Below the pieces are notes generated by a model that saw only the letters and a program-made list of their open reading frames with translations, was not told the origin of the DNA and searched no databases. From positions 1 to 64,000 of the forward strand of contig CBDUYR010000007.1 in the NCBI GenBank assembly GCA_965371515.1: DNA of 64,000 bases, read 5' to 3'. Position 1 is the stretch's first letter; each line of letters opens with the position of its first letter. Position numbers and translations under genes: made by a program. This stretch comes from an uncultured bacterium (GTDB taxonomy: Bacteria > Krumholzibacteriota > Krumholzibacteriia > Krumholzibacteriales > Krumholzibacteriaceae). Shown here one piece after another: positions 38,836 to 49,143 of this stretch.

Positions 38836-40824
38836 ATGACGATTGACTTGCCACTCGTGACCAGATTTATCCCGTGGCTCGGTATTGCCGGGCTTATCTT
38901 CTCGGTCGGCGCGTATTTCAATATGAAACGTTATCCCGCCGGTGACGAATTGATGCAGAAGATAGCCGACAAGATACACGCAGGAGCTTTCGTATTCCTT
39001 AAAAGGGAATATCAGATCATCTTCATCTTCATCGTGATTGTGTTCGCTGCTCTGACTTTCACGCCGGGGCTGGGAATACAGACTGCGATTGCCTTCCTGA
39101 CCGGCGCGCTCTGCTCTATGGGAGCCGGCGTACTCGGTATGGAAGCAGCGACCAGGGCCGCGGTACGAGCTACCCAGGGCGCAAAGGACGAAGGGATAGG
39201 CAAGGCGCTGATGATCGCATTCAGCGGCGGTTCGGTCATGGGGGTTGCGGTGGCAGCTCTCGGTGTAGCAGGCCTGGGCTTCTATTTTCTCTTCACAAGG
39301 GACCCGAGGATCATCAACGGCTTCGCGATGGGAGCCAGCACGATCGCCCTTTTCGCCAGGATCGGCGGGGGCGTATACACAAAGAGCGCAGATGTCGGGG
39401 CGGATCTCGTGGGCAAGATCGAGGCGGGGATCCCCGAGGACGATGCGAGGAACCCCGGCGTGATCGCTGACAACGTCGGTGATAACGTGGGCGATACGGC
39501 AGGCATGGGCGCCGATCTGTTCGAGAGCTATGTCGGAAGCGTGGTCGCCACTATGGCGCTCGGAGCGACATTCGTTGCAGGCGAGATCGTCGGAAGGATG
39601 ACACTTCCACTTGTGTTGATCGCAATCGGCCTCGTGGCGTCGATCATCGGCATACTTTCGCTATCTGCTTTGAAGAAATCGGGGCCGCAGAACGCGCTCC
39701 GTTACAGCTTCTATATTTCAGTGGTCCTGTTTATCGTAGGCGCGTGGTTCGCCACCAGGATAGTCCTTCAGGGAGTGATCGATCCTTTCTGGGCCGTCCT
39801 CGCAGGAATCGTCGCAGGCGTATTGATCGGAGCCGAGAGCGAGTACTTCACCTCGGGCCCACCTGTAAAGAAGGTCGCAGAAGCGAGTGAGACAGGACCG
39901 GCCACAAATATCATTACAGGTATGGCGATCGGTTACGAGAGCGTGATCCTTCCAGTGATCACTCTCTGCGGAGCGATGTACATCGCCTACACTTATGGAG
40001 GCGGCCTGTATGGCATCGCCATCTCCGCCGTCGGTATGCTTTCCACGATCGGCATCGTGATGTCGACAGATTCGTACGGTCCTATTGCCGACAATGCCGG
40101 CGGTATTGCCGAGATGTCGGGCGCCGGCCCGGAGATAAGGAAGATCACCGACAAGCTCGATTCGATCGGAAACACCACCGCCGCCGTCGGCAAAGGCTTC
40201 GCGATCGGTTCAGCTGCTCTGACAGCATTGGCCCTGTTCAGCGCTTACCAGAAGACGGTCGGTATCGAAAGCATCAACCTGATGAACGTCAAGACCGTGA
40301 TCGGGCTCCTGCTCGGCTCGATGATGCCGTTCGTCATCGCATCGATGACGATGAAGGGAGTCGGCAGGGCCGCAAATATGATGGTGATCGAGATCAGGCG
40401 GCAGTTCCGCGAGATCACCGGCCTGATGGAGGGCACCGCCGAACCGGACACAGATAAATGCATAGACATCGTCACAAAGTCGGCGCTGCGGGAGATGGTC
40501 CTTCCCGGATGCATCGCGGTAGTGGCTCCGATCGTGATAGGCTTATTGCTTGGAGCAGAGGCTCTCGGAGGATTCCTCGCCGGTGCGACGGCGACCGGAG
40601 TCCTTACCGGGATCTACATGGCAAACGCGGGCGGCACCTGGGACAACGCGAAAAAGTATATCGAAGAGGGTAACCTCGGCGGGAAGGGAACGGACACACA
40701 CGCCGCGGCGATCGTCGGCGATACTGTGGGCGATCCCCTGAAGGATACATCCGGGCCGAGCATGAATATCCTCATCAAGCTGATGGCCGTGGTATCGCTC
40801 GTCTTCGCCCCTCTTTTCATGTAG
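38836..40824 (+). CDS. hppA: Membrane-bound K+-dependent, probably Na+-translocating pyrophosphatase
   Basis: [23 protein letters not shown] (Glu at the Na+-type position), GNTTAA (K+-dependent Ala), [10 protein letters not shown]. Confidence 0.95.
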   Translation: MTIDLPLVTRFIPWLGIAGLIFSVGAYFNMKRYPAGDELMQKIADKIHAGAFVFLKREYQIIFIFIVIVFAALTFTPGLGIQTAIAFLTGALCSMGAGVLGMEAATRAAVRATQGAKDEGIGKALMIAFSGGSVMGVAVAALGVAGLGFYFLFTRDPRIINGFAMGASTIALFARIGGGVYTKSADVGADLVGKIEAGIPEDDARNPGVIADNVGDNVGDTAGMGADLFESYVGSVVATMALGATFVAGEIVGRMTLPLVLIAIGLVASIIGILSLSALKKSGPQNALRYSFYISVVLFIVGAWFATRIVLQGVIDPFWAVLAGIVAGVLIGAESEYFTSGPPVKKVAEASETGPATNIITGMAIGYESVILPVITLCGAMYIAYTYGGGLYGIAISAVGMLSTIGIVMSTDSYGPIADNAGGIAEMSGAGPEIRKITDKLDSIGNTTAAVGKGFAIGSAALTALALFSAYQKTVGIESINLMNVKTVIGLLLGSMMPFVIASMTMKGVGRAANMMVIEIRRQFREITGLMEGTAEPDTDKCIDIVTKSALREMVLPGCIAVVAPIVIGLLLGAEALGGFLAGATATGVLTGIYMANAGGTWDNAKKYIEEGNLGGKGTDTHAAAIVGDTVGDPLKDTSGPSMNILIKLMAVVSLVFAPLFM

Positions 40825-40848
40825 ACTCAGGTCCGGGCACGAAGAAAT

Positions 40849-40882
40849 AAACGGGTTCCCGTATTTCGGGGACCCGTTTTTT
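40849..40882 (+). terminator. Intrinsic terminator after hppA
   Basis: AAACGGGTTCCCG-TATTT-CGGGGACCCGTTT followed by a T-run. Confidence 0.8.
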
Positions 40883-40896
40883 CGTTCCTTTCGGTA

Positions 40897-40925
40897 TTTA
40901 CACACTTACTCCGGTATCATAGAAT
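40897..40925 (+). promoter_or_regulatory. Candidate sigma70 promoter of ychF-archease-rtcB
   Basis: TTTACA, 17 nt, TAGAAT. Confidence 0.55.
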
Positions 40926-40969
40926 TCTATCAGGTTCATTGAACATCACGAACGAGGAAGGAGGTGACC

Positions 40970-42049
40970 GTGGCATTCACGATAGGTATCCTGGGCCTGC
41001 CCAATGTTGGAAAATCAACACTTCTCAACGCCCTTTCTCATGCGGGAGCGGAGGCTTCGAACTATCCTTTCTGCACGATAGACTGCAACCGGGGTGTGGT
41101 GGAGGTGCCGGACGCCAGACTGACAAGACTCGCCGGGATCCTCGAACCGAAAGAAGTAATCCCATCCACGATCATATATGTAGACATCGCCGGCCTTGTA
41201 GAAGGGGCGAGCAGGGGCGAGGGGCTGGGCAACAAGTTTCTCCATCATGTCAGGGAGGCGACGATCCTCGCACACGTTCTGCGCTGTTTTGAGGATCCGG
41301 ACGTAAGCCACGTCATCGGAGATGTCGATCCTGCCAGGGACGCAGATGTTGTTGAGACGGAACTCTTTCTCTCCGACCTGGAGAGAGTCACTTCATGGAT
41401 CTCGAAGGAGAGGGTAAGGTCGAGGGCGCTGAAAAAGGGAGAACGGGGAGATCTCGATTTCCTTCAATCCGTAAGGGAGAAGATCGCGGCTGGTGAAAAA
41501 GTCTCGAGAGATGATGTCTCCGCAAGAAATCTGGAGATTTTCGACAGGCTCGAGTTGCTGACATCAAAGCCCGTGATATACGTACTCAACTCCGGCGAGG
41601 AAGATGATGCCGGCGGATGCAGTGAAGCGGCTTCGAAGTTCGGAGAGGAAAGAGCTATCTCGATATCCGCACGCCTGGAGAGGGAATTATCAGAGCTTCC
41701 TGAAGAAGATCGCGTTGAGTTCATGAAGGAGATGGGAGTCTCTGGCGAGGCGAGGGACAGGTTCGTGGAAAAGTGTCATGAGCTGCTGGCCATGATCAGG
41801 TATTACACCGCGGCTCATGGTAAACTGCAAGCCTGGTCCATTCCGGCAGGGACGAAGGCTCCGGCGGCGGCAGGCAGGATACATACAGATATGGAGAAGG
41901 GATTCATCAGGGCCAGGGTGATGAGCTACGACGATCTCGTCGAGTACGGCTCCGAGGCCGAGGTTCAGCATCACGGCCACCTAAGGACAGAGGGGCACGA
42001 ATACGTGATCCGCGACGGGGACGTCGTCGAGTTCATGTTCAACAGGTGA
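40970..42049 (+). CDS. ychF: Redox-regulated ribosome-binding ATPase YchF
   Basis: GLPNVGKST, NYPFCTI, DIAGLVEGAS, GLGNKFL, AAGRIHTD and a TGS domain; GTG at 40970 after GGAGG. Confidence 0.93.
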   Translation: MAFTIGILGLPNVGKSTLLNALSHAGAEASNYPFCTIDCNRGVVEVPDARLTRLAGILEPKEVIPSTIIYVDIAGLVEGASRGEGLGNKFLHHVREATILAHVLRCFEDPDVSHVIGDVDPARDADVVETELFLSDLERVTSWISKERVRSRALKKGERGDLDFLQSVREKIAAGEKVSRDDVSARNLEIFDRLELLTSKPVIYVLNSGEEDDAGGCSEAASKFGEERAISISARLERELSELPEEDRVEFMKEMGVSGEARDRFVEKCHELLAMIRYYTAAHGKLQAWSIPAGTKAPAAAGRIHTDMEKGFIRARVMSYDDLVEYGSEAEVQHHGHLRTEGHEYVIRDGDVVEFMFNR

Positions 42050-42052
42050 TTC

Positions 42053-42490
42053 ATGACAGGCAGGGGACACGAGACGCTCGAGCATACAGCCGACATGGGC
42101 CTCCGAGGCTGGGGGGGAAGCCCTGCCGAGGCCTTTGAGGAGACTGCGCTCGCGATGTTCGAACTGATGGTCGACAGGCACGGTATGGCTGCCGAGATCG
42201 ATCACAGGCTGTCGATCGGCGGCAGGGATCTGACCGGGCTGCTTATAGAATTTCTCAACGAGCTCCTCTCGTTCGCGGATATCGAGGATACGGCATTTGT
42301 ATCGGTAAGGATCGAGCGGCTAGAGGGCGGCGGAGAAGACTGGGAACTCGATGCCGTGATCGGAGGGATACCGCGCGGAAAATGCCGGAAACGCCTCCTC
42401 TCAGAAGTAAAGGCGGCGACCTGGTACGGGGCGTCGGTCGGCCGTGACAGCGACGGCCGGTGGGTGGCAGGCTGCGTGGTAGATCTATGA
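42053..42490 (+). CDS. Archease
   Basis: EHTADMG N-terminus, EVKAAT, C-terminal VDL; directly upstream of rtcB. Confidence 0.92.
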   Translation: MTGRGHETLEHTADMGLRGWGGSPAEAFEETALAMFELMVDRHGMAAEIDHRLSIGGRDLTGLLIEFLNELLSFADIEDTAFVSVRIERLEGGGEDWELDAVIGGIPRGKCRKRLLSEVKAATWYGASVGRDSDGRWVAGCVVDL

Positions 42491-43938
42491 AGGTGGAAGT
42501 CGAGAAGATCGGCGAATTCCTCTGGGAGATCCCCCGCTCGGGCAGGATGCTCGTTCCCGGGCGCATCTACGCGGACGACGACTCGATGAGCTTCCTGCTG
42601 AAGGAGAGCGCGACGAAGCAGTGGGACGCCCTGGCCCAGGTACGGAACGTCGCATGCCTTCCCGGGATCGTCGGCGCGTCGATGGCGATGGCCGATATCC
42701 ATCCCGGCTACGGATTTCCCATAGGGGGAGTGGGAGCGTTTGATCCTGGCGAGGGAGTGGTCTCCATTGCCGGAGTCGGCTTCGACATAAATTGCGGTGT
42801 GCGGTCGATGGTCGTCGATGTAACGAAGGAACGTATCGAGCTCAATCGCGAAAGGGTCGCCGAGGAGCTGTTCAATTCCGTTCCTGCCGGAATAGGTTCG
42901 ACGGGGACATTCAGGCTCTCCGTCCGCGAGATCGACAGGGTGCTTGTCGAGGGCGCGTCCTTCGCCCTCGAGAGAGGATACGGGGTGGAGGAGGATCTCG
43001 AGTATGTCGAGGAGGGGGGAACTGTCGCCGGCGCCGATCCTTCGGCCGTCAGCCCGAGAGCGAAGGAGCGGCAGCTCAAGCAGGTAGGGACGCTCGGCTC
43101 GGGGAACCATTATCTCGAGGTGCAGTACGTAGAAGAGATATTCGATGAAGAGGCCGCTTCCGCGTTCGGGCTCCTTCCAGGCGGGATCGTAGTCAGCATT
43201 CACACGGGGAGCCGGGCGCTCGGTCACCAGATCGGGACTGATTACCAGAGAGTCATGAGAGAGGCTTCAGCGAAATACGGGATACCGGTCACCGAGAGCG
43301 AGCTGATGGCGGCTCCGATAAACAGCCCGGAGGGAAAGAGGTATATCGCCGCGGTGCGGGCAGGGATCAACTGCGCCTTCGCGAACAGGCAGGCGATCTC
43401 GGGCCTGGTGCGAGACACATTAAAAAGACTTTTTCATCTCGACGACAGGCAGATCAGGACGCTCTATGAGGTCGGTCACAACAATCTCAAACTCGAGACG
43501 CACGATACTGCCCAAGGCAGGAGGAATCTCCTAGTCCACAGGAAGGGGGCGACAAGAGCATTCGCAGCCGGGCGGGAGGAGGTGCCGTTAAGGTACCGCG
43601 AGGTCGGACAGCCCGTGCTCGTCGGAGGGACTATGGGGACCTCGTCGTTCATCCTCGTCGGCACAGAACTGGGTATGTCGGAGACATTCGGCAGCGCCGT
43701 CCACGGAGCGGGGAGGATGAAATCGAGGAAGCAGGCGCTCAGGGAATACCGAGGCGAGGACGTAATAAGAAATCTGGCAGAGTCGGGCATCATAGTGCGC
43801 ACACGAAGCAGGAAAGGCGCCGCGGAAGAGGCTCCCGGCGCCTACAAGGACGTCGAACGGGTCGTGGCGATCATGGAGGGCGCAGGGGTGAGCAGGCGTG
43901 TGGCGCGGCTGCGGCCTATGATCTGCGTCAAGGGATGA
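42487..43938 (+). CDS. rtcB: RtcB RNA 3'-phosphate/5'-OH ligase (archaeal/eukaryote-like type)
   Basis: DIHPGYGFPIGG, GFDINCG, GSGNHY, HTGSR, HNN, HRKGAT, HGAGR, EEAPGAYKD; ATGA overlap with archease. Confidence 0.95.
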   Translation: MKVEVEKIGEFLWEIPRSGRMLVPGRIYADDDSMSFLLKESATKQWDALAQVRNVACLPGIVGASMAMADIHPGYGFPIGGVGAFDPGEGVVSIAGVGFDINCGVRSMVVDVTKERIELNRERVAEELFNSVPAGIGSTGTFRLSVREIDRVLVEGASFALERGYGVEEDLEYVEEGGTVAGADPSAVSPRAKERQLKQVGTLGSGNHYLEVQYVEEIFDEEAASAFGLLPGGIVVSIHTGSRALGHQIGTDYQRVMREASAKYGIPVTESELMAAPINSPEGKRYIAAVRAGINCAFANRQAISGLVRDTLKRLFHLDDRQIRTLYEVGHNNLKLETHDTAQGRRNLLVHRKGATRAFAAGREEVPLRYREVGQPVLVGGTMGTSSFILVGTELGMSETFGSAVHGAGRMKSRKQALREYRGEDVIRNLAESGIIVRTRSRKGAAEEAPGAYKDVERVVAIMEGAGVSRRVARLRPMICVKG

Positions 43939-45573
43939 TCAGTCGTCCCCGCATCTCAACTTGAGGATCAGAATATCCTCGCTGGTATCTTCGAGTGGTT
44001 CCCACTCGGCTATGCTCTCCATCCGCACGGTGCATTTCCCCGAAGACACCCATCGGTTCTCGTGGTTGTAGCTCCAACCGAGATATTCCGACCCTCCGGC
44101 TCCCTCTGTCGTTATGAGAAACCTGTTTGATATTCCTCCGAAGGCGGCGCCCTGATCTGCGGGCAGGTCCCTGTCGCCGGCATTGGCGTCGACCGGTACC
44201 CAGCCGTAGCCGGGAAGATAGATCTCGTTCCACCTGTGGAAGACGTCGTCGTAGCTCGCGTCGTCGCCTCTTACAACGAGGGAGCCGACGTATCTGGCGG
44301 GCACTCCCGCAGCCCTGCATAGGGCGATGAGCGAGAAGGTATACTCTGAGCACGAACCGTTCCTGCGCTCGAGCACGGTAGGGGCTGTATTCCAGCCGCC
44401 GGCAAGTTTGTACTCCATGTTTGCAATGAGGTACTGGTAGAGTTTTCTCGCCTTCCAGTAGATGTTTTCCTCGTTGCCGACCACTTCATTGACTATCCCC
44501 TGGATGTAGGGGTGTGTGATATCGTACTTGATTTCGTCGGCGAGGTACTTCTCCCTGATATCTTTCGGGATCTTTTTCCCGACCCTGTCGGGCCTGATGA
44601 AATATCTTATCGCAGACGCTTCGACGGCGGCCTTCATCCTCACTTCGACCGACTCGCCTGGCTCGAGCCCTTCGAAGGAGAACGCGGCGATGCTCTGGTC
44701 CCAGCGATCCTTTTTTATCACCGGCTCGGGCCGGTATGTCAGATCGGCAAGGATCTTCTGCCCGGGCCTGTCGGAGGGAAGGGCGTAGAAGATATCGAGT
44801 TTCTCGATCCGTCCCGTGCCCGTAGCGACAGCCTCTGTAGTAAAATCTACGATGGCCTTTCTCGGATTGCTCGTCCTGTAGAGCTCGTCGTCGAGAGTCT
44901 TGATCGTGTAGAGGGCGTCGTCCTGGTAGTCGGCGTTGAGAAGAAAGCCGTCTTTCCATGCGAGTCCCCAGCTGAACGGTCCGGGAGCGTCGAGTATCTG
45001 CACGACCATCCCGGTGACAGGATCGATCATATATATACAGTCCCTGACACGGTCGGAACACCAGAGGTATCCGTCTCCGAATACGATCGAGCGCGGGTCG
45101 GTGGCTGGAGCGCGGAAAGAGACGATCGTCGTTCCGTCTGCAGGGTCGATATTAAGGATCCTGTCGGTCCTGTTGTCGCAGATCCAGAGTGAGTTTCCAT
45201 CCCATGCGATCCCCGTAGGGCTGGGAGTGGGAGATTCGAGCGTCCTTACCGTATGACCGGTCTCGGGATCGGTAGCGTAGATAGCGCCGGCTCCCGGGTC
45301 GGTGCTCCACAGGAGGGAGCCGTCCCATGCAAGCCCGGAGGGAAACCACCCCGGCGATTCGATATCGCGCAGTACGTTTCCGGAGACGTGGTCGATCTCG
45401 TAGAACAGATCAGTCTTCCTGTCCGCTATCCACAGGGTGCTGCCAGTCCAGGCGACGCCCGTCGGATGCGCGATGGGTAGCTGAGTCTTTTTCTCGATGT
45501 CTCCAGGTGCAGCTAAGGCGGCAGCGCAGAATAATGTAAGCAGGGCGGTGATGGCGGGCAGGCATCTTCTCAT
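43939..45573 (-). CDS. Exported beta-propeller plus transglutaminase-like (Cys-His-Asp) protein
   Basis: Signal peptide; repeated PxGxAWDGxxLW units; GSCSEY, FHRWNE and WVPVD triad motifs. Confidence 0.85.
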   Translation of the reverse strand: MRRCLPAITALLTLFCAAALAAPGDIEKKTQLPIAHPTGVAWTGSTLWIADRKTDLFYEIDHVSGNVLRDIESPGWFPSGLAWDGSLLWSTDPGAGAIYATDPETGHTVRTLESPTPSPTGIAWDGNSLWICDNRTDRILNIDPADGTTIVSFRAPATDPRSIVFGDGYLWCSDRVRDCIYMIDPVTGMVVQILDAPGPFSWGLAWKDGFLLNADYQDDALYTIKTLDDELYRTSNPRKAIVDFTTEAVATGTGRIEKLDIFYALPSDRPGQKILADLTYRPEPVIKKDRWDQSIAAFSFEGLEPGESVEVRMKAAVEASAIRYFIRPDRVGKKIPKDIREKYLADEIKYDITHPYIQGIVNEVVGNEENIYWKARKLYQYLIANMEYKLAGGWNTAPTVLERRNGSCSEYTFSLIALCRAAGVPARYVGSLVVRGDDASYDDVFHRWNEIYLPGYGWVPVDANAGDRDLPADQGAAFGGISNRFLITTEGAGGSEYLGWSYNHENRWVSSGKCTVRMESIAEWEPLEDTSEDILILKLRCGDD

Positions 45574-45687
45574 TTTGCTTCCTCCAGTTCAGAAACATGC
45601 GGTCATCGGATCGATTGATTGTACGGGAGATACCCTGCATGGGTCAACGATATCGATACAGACGGTTAATCCGATATCTTTTCGATG

Positions 45688-45716
45688 TTTACAAACGGGG
45701 ACAGGACTGATAGAAT
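45688..45716 (+). promoter_or_regulatory. Candidate sigma70 promoter of ggt
   Basis: TTTACA, 17 nt, TAGAAT with a TGn extension. Confidence 0.55.
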
Positions 45717-45763
45717 AGTGTTCAAGTAGTGTAATTCAAAGATACGAGGCAGCAGACGCAGGA

Positions 45764-47494
45764 TTGCTTCAGATGCCCCGCAGAATGTACAGAACCTTCT
45801 TCGCGGCGATATCCCCTGTAATCGTCATCATCGCTGTGGCGGGCGGGCCCTCGGGCGCGCACGCGACGGACTGGAGCGCCCGGTCTACGGGCGGGATGGT
45901 AGCTTCGGCCTGCCCGGAGGCGACGGCCATCGGCGTCCGTGTGCTGGAAGCTGGTGGAAACGCCGTCGATGCGGCGATCGCCGTCGGTTTCGCACTTGCT
46001 GTGAGCTATCCCTCAGCCGGCAACCTCGGCGGTGGCGGATTCATGCTCGTAAGGCTGGCGGATGGAGAGACATCCTTCATCGATTTCAGGGAAAAGGCTC
46101 CGTTGAAGGCGCGAAGGGACATGTACCTCGATCGGGAGGGCGCTGTCATCGAGGATCTCAGTGTCCGCGGCCATCTCGCCTCGGGAGTGCCGGGGGTGGT
46201 GGCAGGACTCTGGAAGGCTCACCAGATCCATGGCTCGACAGAATGGGGGGAACTGGTCGCTCCATCGGTCAAGCTGGCGGAGAATGGATTCCCGATAAGC
46301 CCCTATCTGGCCGCATCGCTCGAGAAGCTGAACGTACACCTGGAGAAGTGGCCCGGTCTCTCGAAGTTCTTCGGCCAGGATGGAAGGCCGTTCGATGCCG
46401 GCGATATCCTCGTGCAGCACGATCTTGCCCGCACTCTCGAGGCGATAGCGGAAGAGGGCACGGACGGTTTCTACTCCGGCAGGACCGCAGGGCTCATTGC
46501 GGCGGAGATGCGGGGGGGTGGCGGCCTGATCACGGAGGAGGACCTCGTTTCATACGAGGTTGTCGAGCGGGAGGTGGTGAAAGGGAGTTACAGGGGATTC
46601 GAGATAATATCCGCGCCGCCGCCGAGCTCAGGCGGCATCGTACTGCTGGAGATACTGAACGTTCTCGAAGGTTACGAGACAGGTGGCGTGAGGGACGTCG
46701 AGGATATCCATCTCGTCGTCGAGGCCGAGAGAAGAGCGTATGCCGACAGGGCTCGCTGGCTCGGCGACCCAGGTTTTGTGGACATTCCTGTAGAGAGGCT
46801 GATATCAAAAGATTATGCGAATGACTTGAGAAATAACATAAAGACCAGAGCGACACGCTCAGTCGAACTGGATGCCGGCGGCAATCATGCACAGGAGAGC
46901 GAAGAGACGACACATTACTCGGTAGTCGATGCCAGCGGGAACGCGGTGGCGGTGACTACGACTCTCAATGGATCGTACGGATCGTACGTAGTCGTCGAGG
47001 GTGCAGGCTTCCTGATGAACAACGAGATGGACGATTTCTCAGTAAAGCCAGGCGTTCCGAACATGTACGGGCTGACGGGCGGTGAGGCCAATGCTATCGA
47101 ACCGGGGAAGAGGATGCTCAGCTCAATGACGCCGACGATCGTGGTCAGGGAGGGCGAGACCTGGCTTGTGCTGGGCACCCCCGGGGGATCGACGATAATC
47201 ACGACTGTCGCGCAAGTGATGATGAATATCATCGATTTCGGGATGGAACCTCTGGAAGCGGTGGCAGCTCCGAGGTATCATCACCAGTGGAGCCCTGATC
47301 TGGTCTACCACGAGGAGAACGCCTTTACGGCCGATGAGAGATCGGGGATGGAGGGAAAAGGACACGAACTGAGACAACGCTCCATGATCGGGGATGTGCA
47401 GCTCATCATGAAGGACGGAACGTCCCTGGTGGGTATCTCCGATCCAAGACGGGGCGGACTCTCCCGGGGAACCGGGAAGGATGACAGGCAATAA
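45764..47494 (+). CDS. ggt: Gamma-glutamyltransferase
   Basis: GGNAVDAA, GGGGF, DFREKAP, ETTHYS (catalytic Thr), NNEMDDF, LSSMTP, GTPGGS. Exact start uncertain. Confidence 0.94.
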   Translation: MLQMPRRMYRTFFAAISPVIVIIAVAGGPSGAHATDWSARSTGGMVASACPEATAIGVRVLEAGGNAVDAAIAVGFALAVSYPSAGNLGGGGFMLVRLADGETSFIDFREKAPLKARRDMYLDREGAVIEDLSVRGHLASGVPGVVAGLWKAHQIHGSTEWGELVAPSVKLAENGFPISPYLAASLEKLNVHLEKWPGLSKFFGQDGRPFDAGDILVQHDLARTLEAIAEEGTDGFYSGRTAGLIAAEMRGGGGLITEEDLVSYEVVEREVVKGSYRGFEIISAPPPSSGGIVLLEILNVLEGYETGGVRDVEDIHLVVEAERRAYADRARWLGDPGFVDIPVERLISKDYANDLRNNIKTRATRSVELDAGGNHAQESEETTHYSVVDASGNAVAVTTTLNGSYGSYVVVEGAGFLMNNEMDDFSVKPGVPNMYGLTGGEANAIEPGKRMLSSMTPTIVVREGETWLVLGTPGGSTIITTVAQVMMNIIDFGMEPLEAVAAPRYHHQWSPDLVYHEENAFTADERSGMEGKGHELRQRSMIGDVQLIMKDGTSLVGISDPRRGGLSRGTGKDDRQ

Positions 47495-47516
47495 CAGGAG
47501 AGGAAGGAGACTGACA

Positions 47517-48293
47517 ATGAAAAGGAATGTACTGTACATGACGGCGCTGATTCTGCTCGCAGTGACGCTTCTCGCGTGCGGGCCGGGCAGGGCTGTGGCC
47601 CAGGTCGATCCCTACGAGTTGCAGGACGCATTCGGCCGTTTCCCGTTCGCGAAGGTGGTCCCGCTGGACAAAGGGAACGCATGGGGGCTGATCTACGTCG
47701 ATGTTTATGGCAAGATCTATCTCAAGCGTGCCACGAACAGGGGATGGAAGAGAGAGTTTGAGATCACGAACCTCGGGGCCAAGGTAAAACAGTATTATAT
47801 CCTCGACATCGAGCAGGACGGAGTCCTCGATCTCGTCATAGCGACTATGGCGGGGCGCATTCTGATCTACAGACTCGATGACTATACCAATACATGGGAA
47901 AACATCGAGGACGACTTCACGAGCATAGAGGCATTCGACATTGCAAACCTGGATAGCGACCCACAGATGGAGTTCATCGTCCTGGCAAACGGGACCCTCT
48001 TCATAATAGATTCGATCGACAAGAGCAGGCAGTGGATCAGCGAGAGGAAATTTACGGCAACAGAACTCATAATTGCCAATGTCGACAAGGATGAGCAGAA
48101 GGAGATAATCCTCAACACGGGCATCGTCATAGACAGCAAGTTCTATGTGATAGATCTCGAATGGGACAAGCCGTTCGGTGAGCGGCTCAGCACCTTCGAC
48201 ATCAATAATGACGGTGTACCCGAGGTAATAGGCGAATTTTCCGACTATTCGCTGAGGATTTTCGACGTCTACTCACAGAGAGAGGTCTGGTAG
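47517..48293 (+). CDS. Exported hypothetical protein with FG-GAP/VCBS-like repeats
   Basis: Signal peptide; repeated DIEQDGVLDL, NLDSDPQMEF, NVDKDEQKEI and DINNDGVPEV. Confidence 0.7.
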   Translation: MKRNVLYMTALILLAVTLLACGPGRAVAQVDPYELQDAFGRFPFAKVVPLDKGNAWGLIYVDVYGKIYLKRATNRGWKREFEITNLGAKVKQYYILDIEQDGVLDLVIATMAGRILIYRLDDYTNTWENIEDDFTSIEAFDIANLDSDPQMEFIVLANGTLFIIDSIDKSRQWISERKFTATELIIANVDKDEQKEIILNTGIVIDSKFYVIDLEWDKPFGERLSTFDINNDGVPEVIGEFSDYSLRIFDVYSQREVW

Positions 48294-48403
48294 GTATAAT
48301 TATTTAAAAATAAGTGTTTTAAATTAGGCTCTGGTATGATACAATGCGCTCGCAACGCAAACTTGCTCTGCGAGCGGCAACAGTTTCACTAAGGAGGGTA
48401 GCT

Positions 48404-49111
48404 GTGCTTAATAAGCTAACGCTCGGGGCGGTGGGGTTTTTCCTGGTTCTGGCTTCCATGACATTTCCGGTATCCGCTGAGTACAAGACTGAGACCTTCG
48501 CGTTCAGCGGCAACGGATCGTTCATGGCGAGCCCCCCCGTCTTCAGCGGAAACATCATCGCGGGAACGCTTGCCCCCGGCATGTTCTGGTTCCGAATGGA
48601 CGATACGGGCTGGCCTGTTGACAATCTCGGAACGCCGAACAACGAACGATGGGATTTCATCTTCAGCAACTACTTCCAGTACGATCCCACCCCCGGAGCA
48701 GAGGGATGGGACGGCAGGTTCCCTTCGTCTCTTGTAGGCGACTATGCGCCCGAATGGCGCTTCTTTACCACTGTGGGTGACACCTGCGGCGGTCTGACGA
48801 CGAGCTTCACCGTTACGATCAGGGACTACAACGCAAACGGCATCTTGGAGGACAGCGAGTATATCAGCAAGGTATTTTCCATCGGTCTCTTGTGTTACAT
48901 CAACTTTGGAACGGGCGAGTTCAAGGGCTTCTGCGGGCAGGGCAACTGCTCGGGGACTCTGGATCTCCTCGATGAGACAACCTGGGACGAGGAATTTTAC
49001 GTTCCTTCGGCGGCTTCGGCTTCGGGAAGGCTCTACCTCAGGGATACGAACTGTACTACAGGAACGAGCGACAGCAGCTGGGGCAAGATCAAGTCGATAC
49101 ACAGCAACTGA
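48404..49111 (+). CDS. Secreted hypothetical protein with a C-terminal SWGKIKSI tail (paralog 1)
   Basis: GTG after AAGGAGG; signal peptide; colinear similarity to the downstream gene. Confidence 0.8.
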   Translation: MLNKLTLGAVGFFLVLASMTFPVSAEYKTETFAFSGNGSFMASPPVFSGNIIAGTLAPGMFWFRMDDTGWPVDNLGTPNNERWDFIFSNYFQYDPTPGAEGWDGRFPSSLVGDYAPEWRFFTTVGDTCGGLTTSFTVTIRDYNANGILEDSEYISKVFSIGLLCYINFGTGEFKGFCGQGNCSGTLDLLDETTWDEEFYVPSAASASGRLYLRDTNCTTGTSDSSWGKIKSIHSN

Positions 49112-49143
49112 TATTTCTGGAGCTGAAAGGGAGGGATCCAGAG

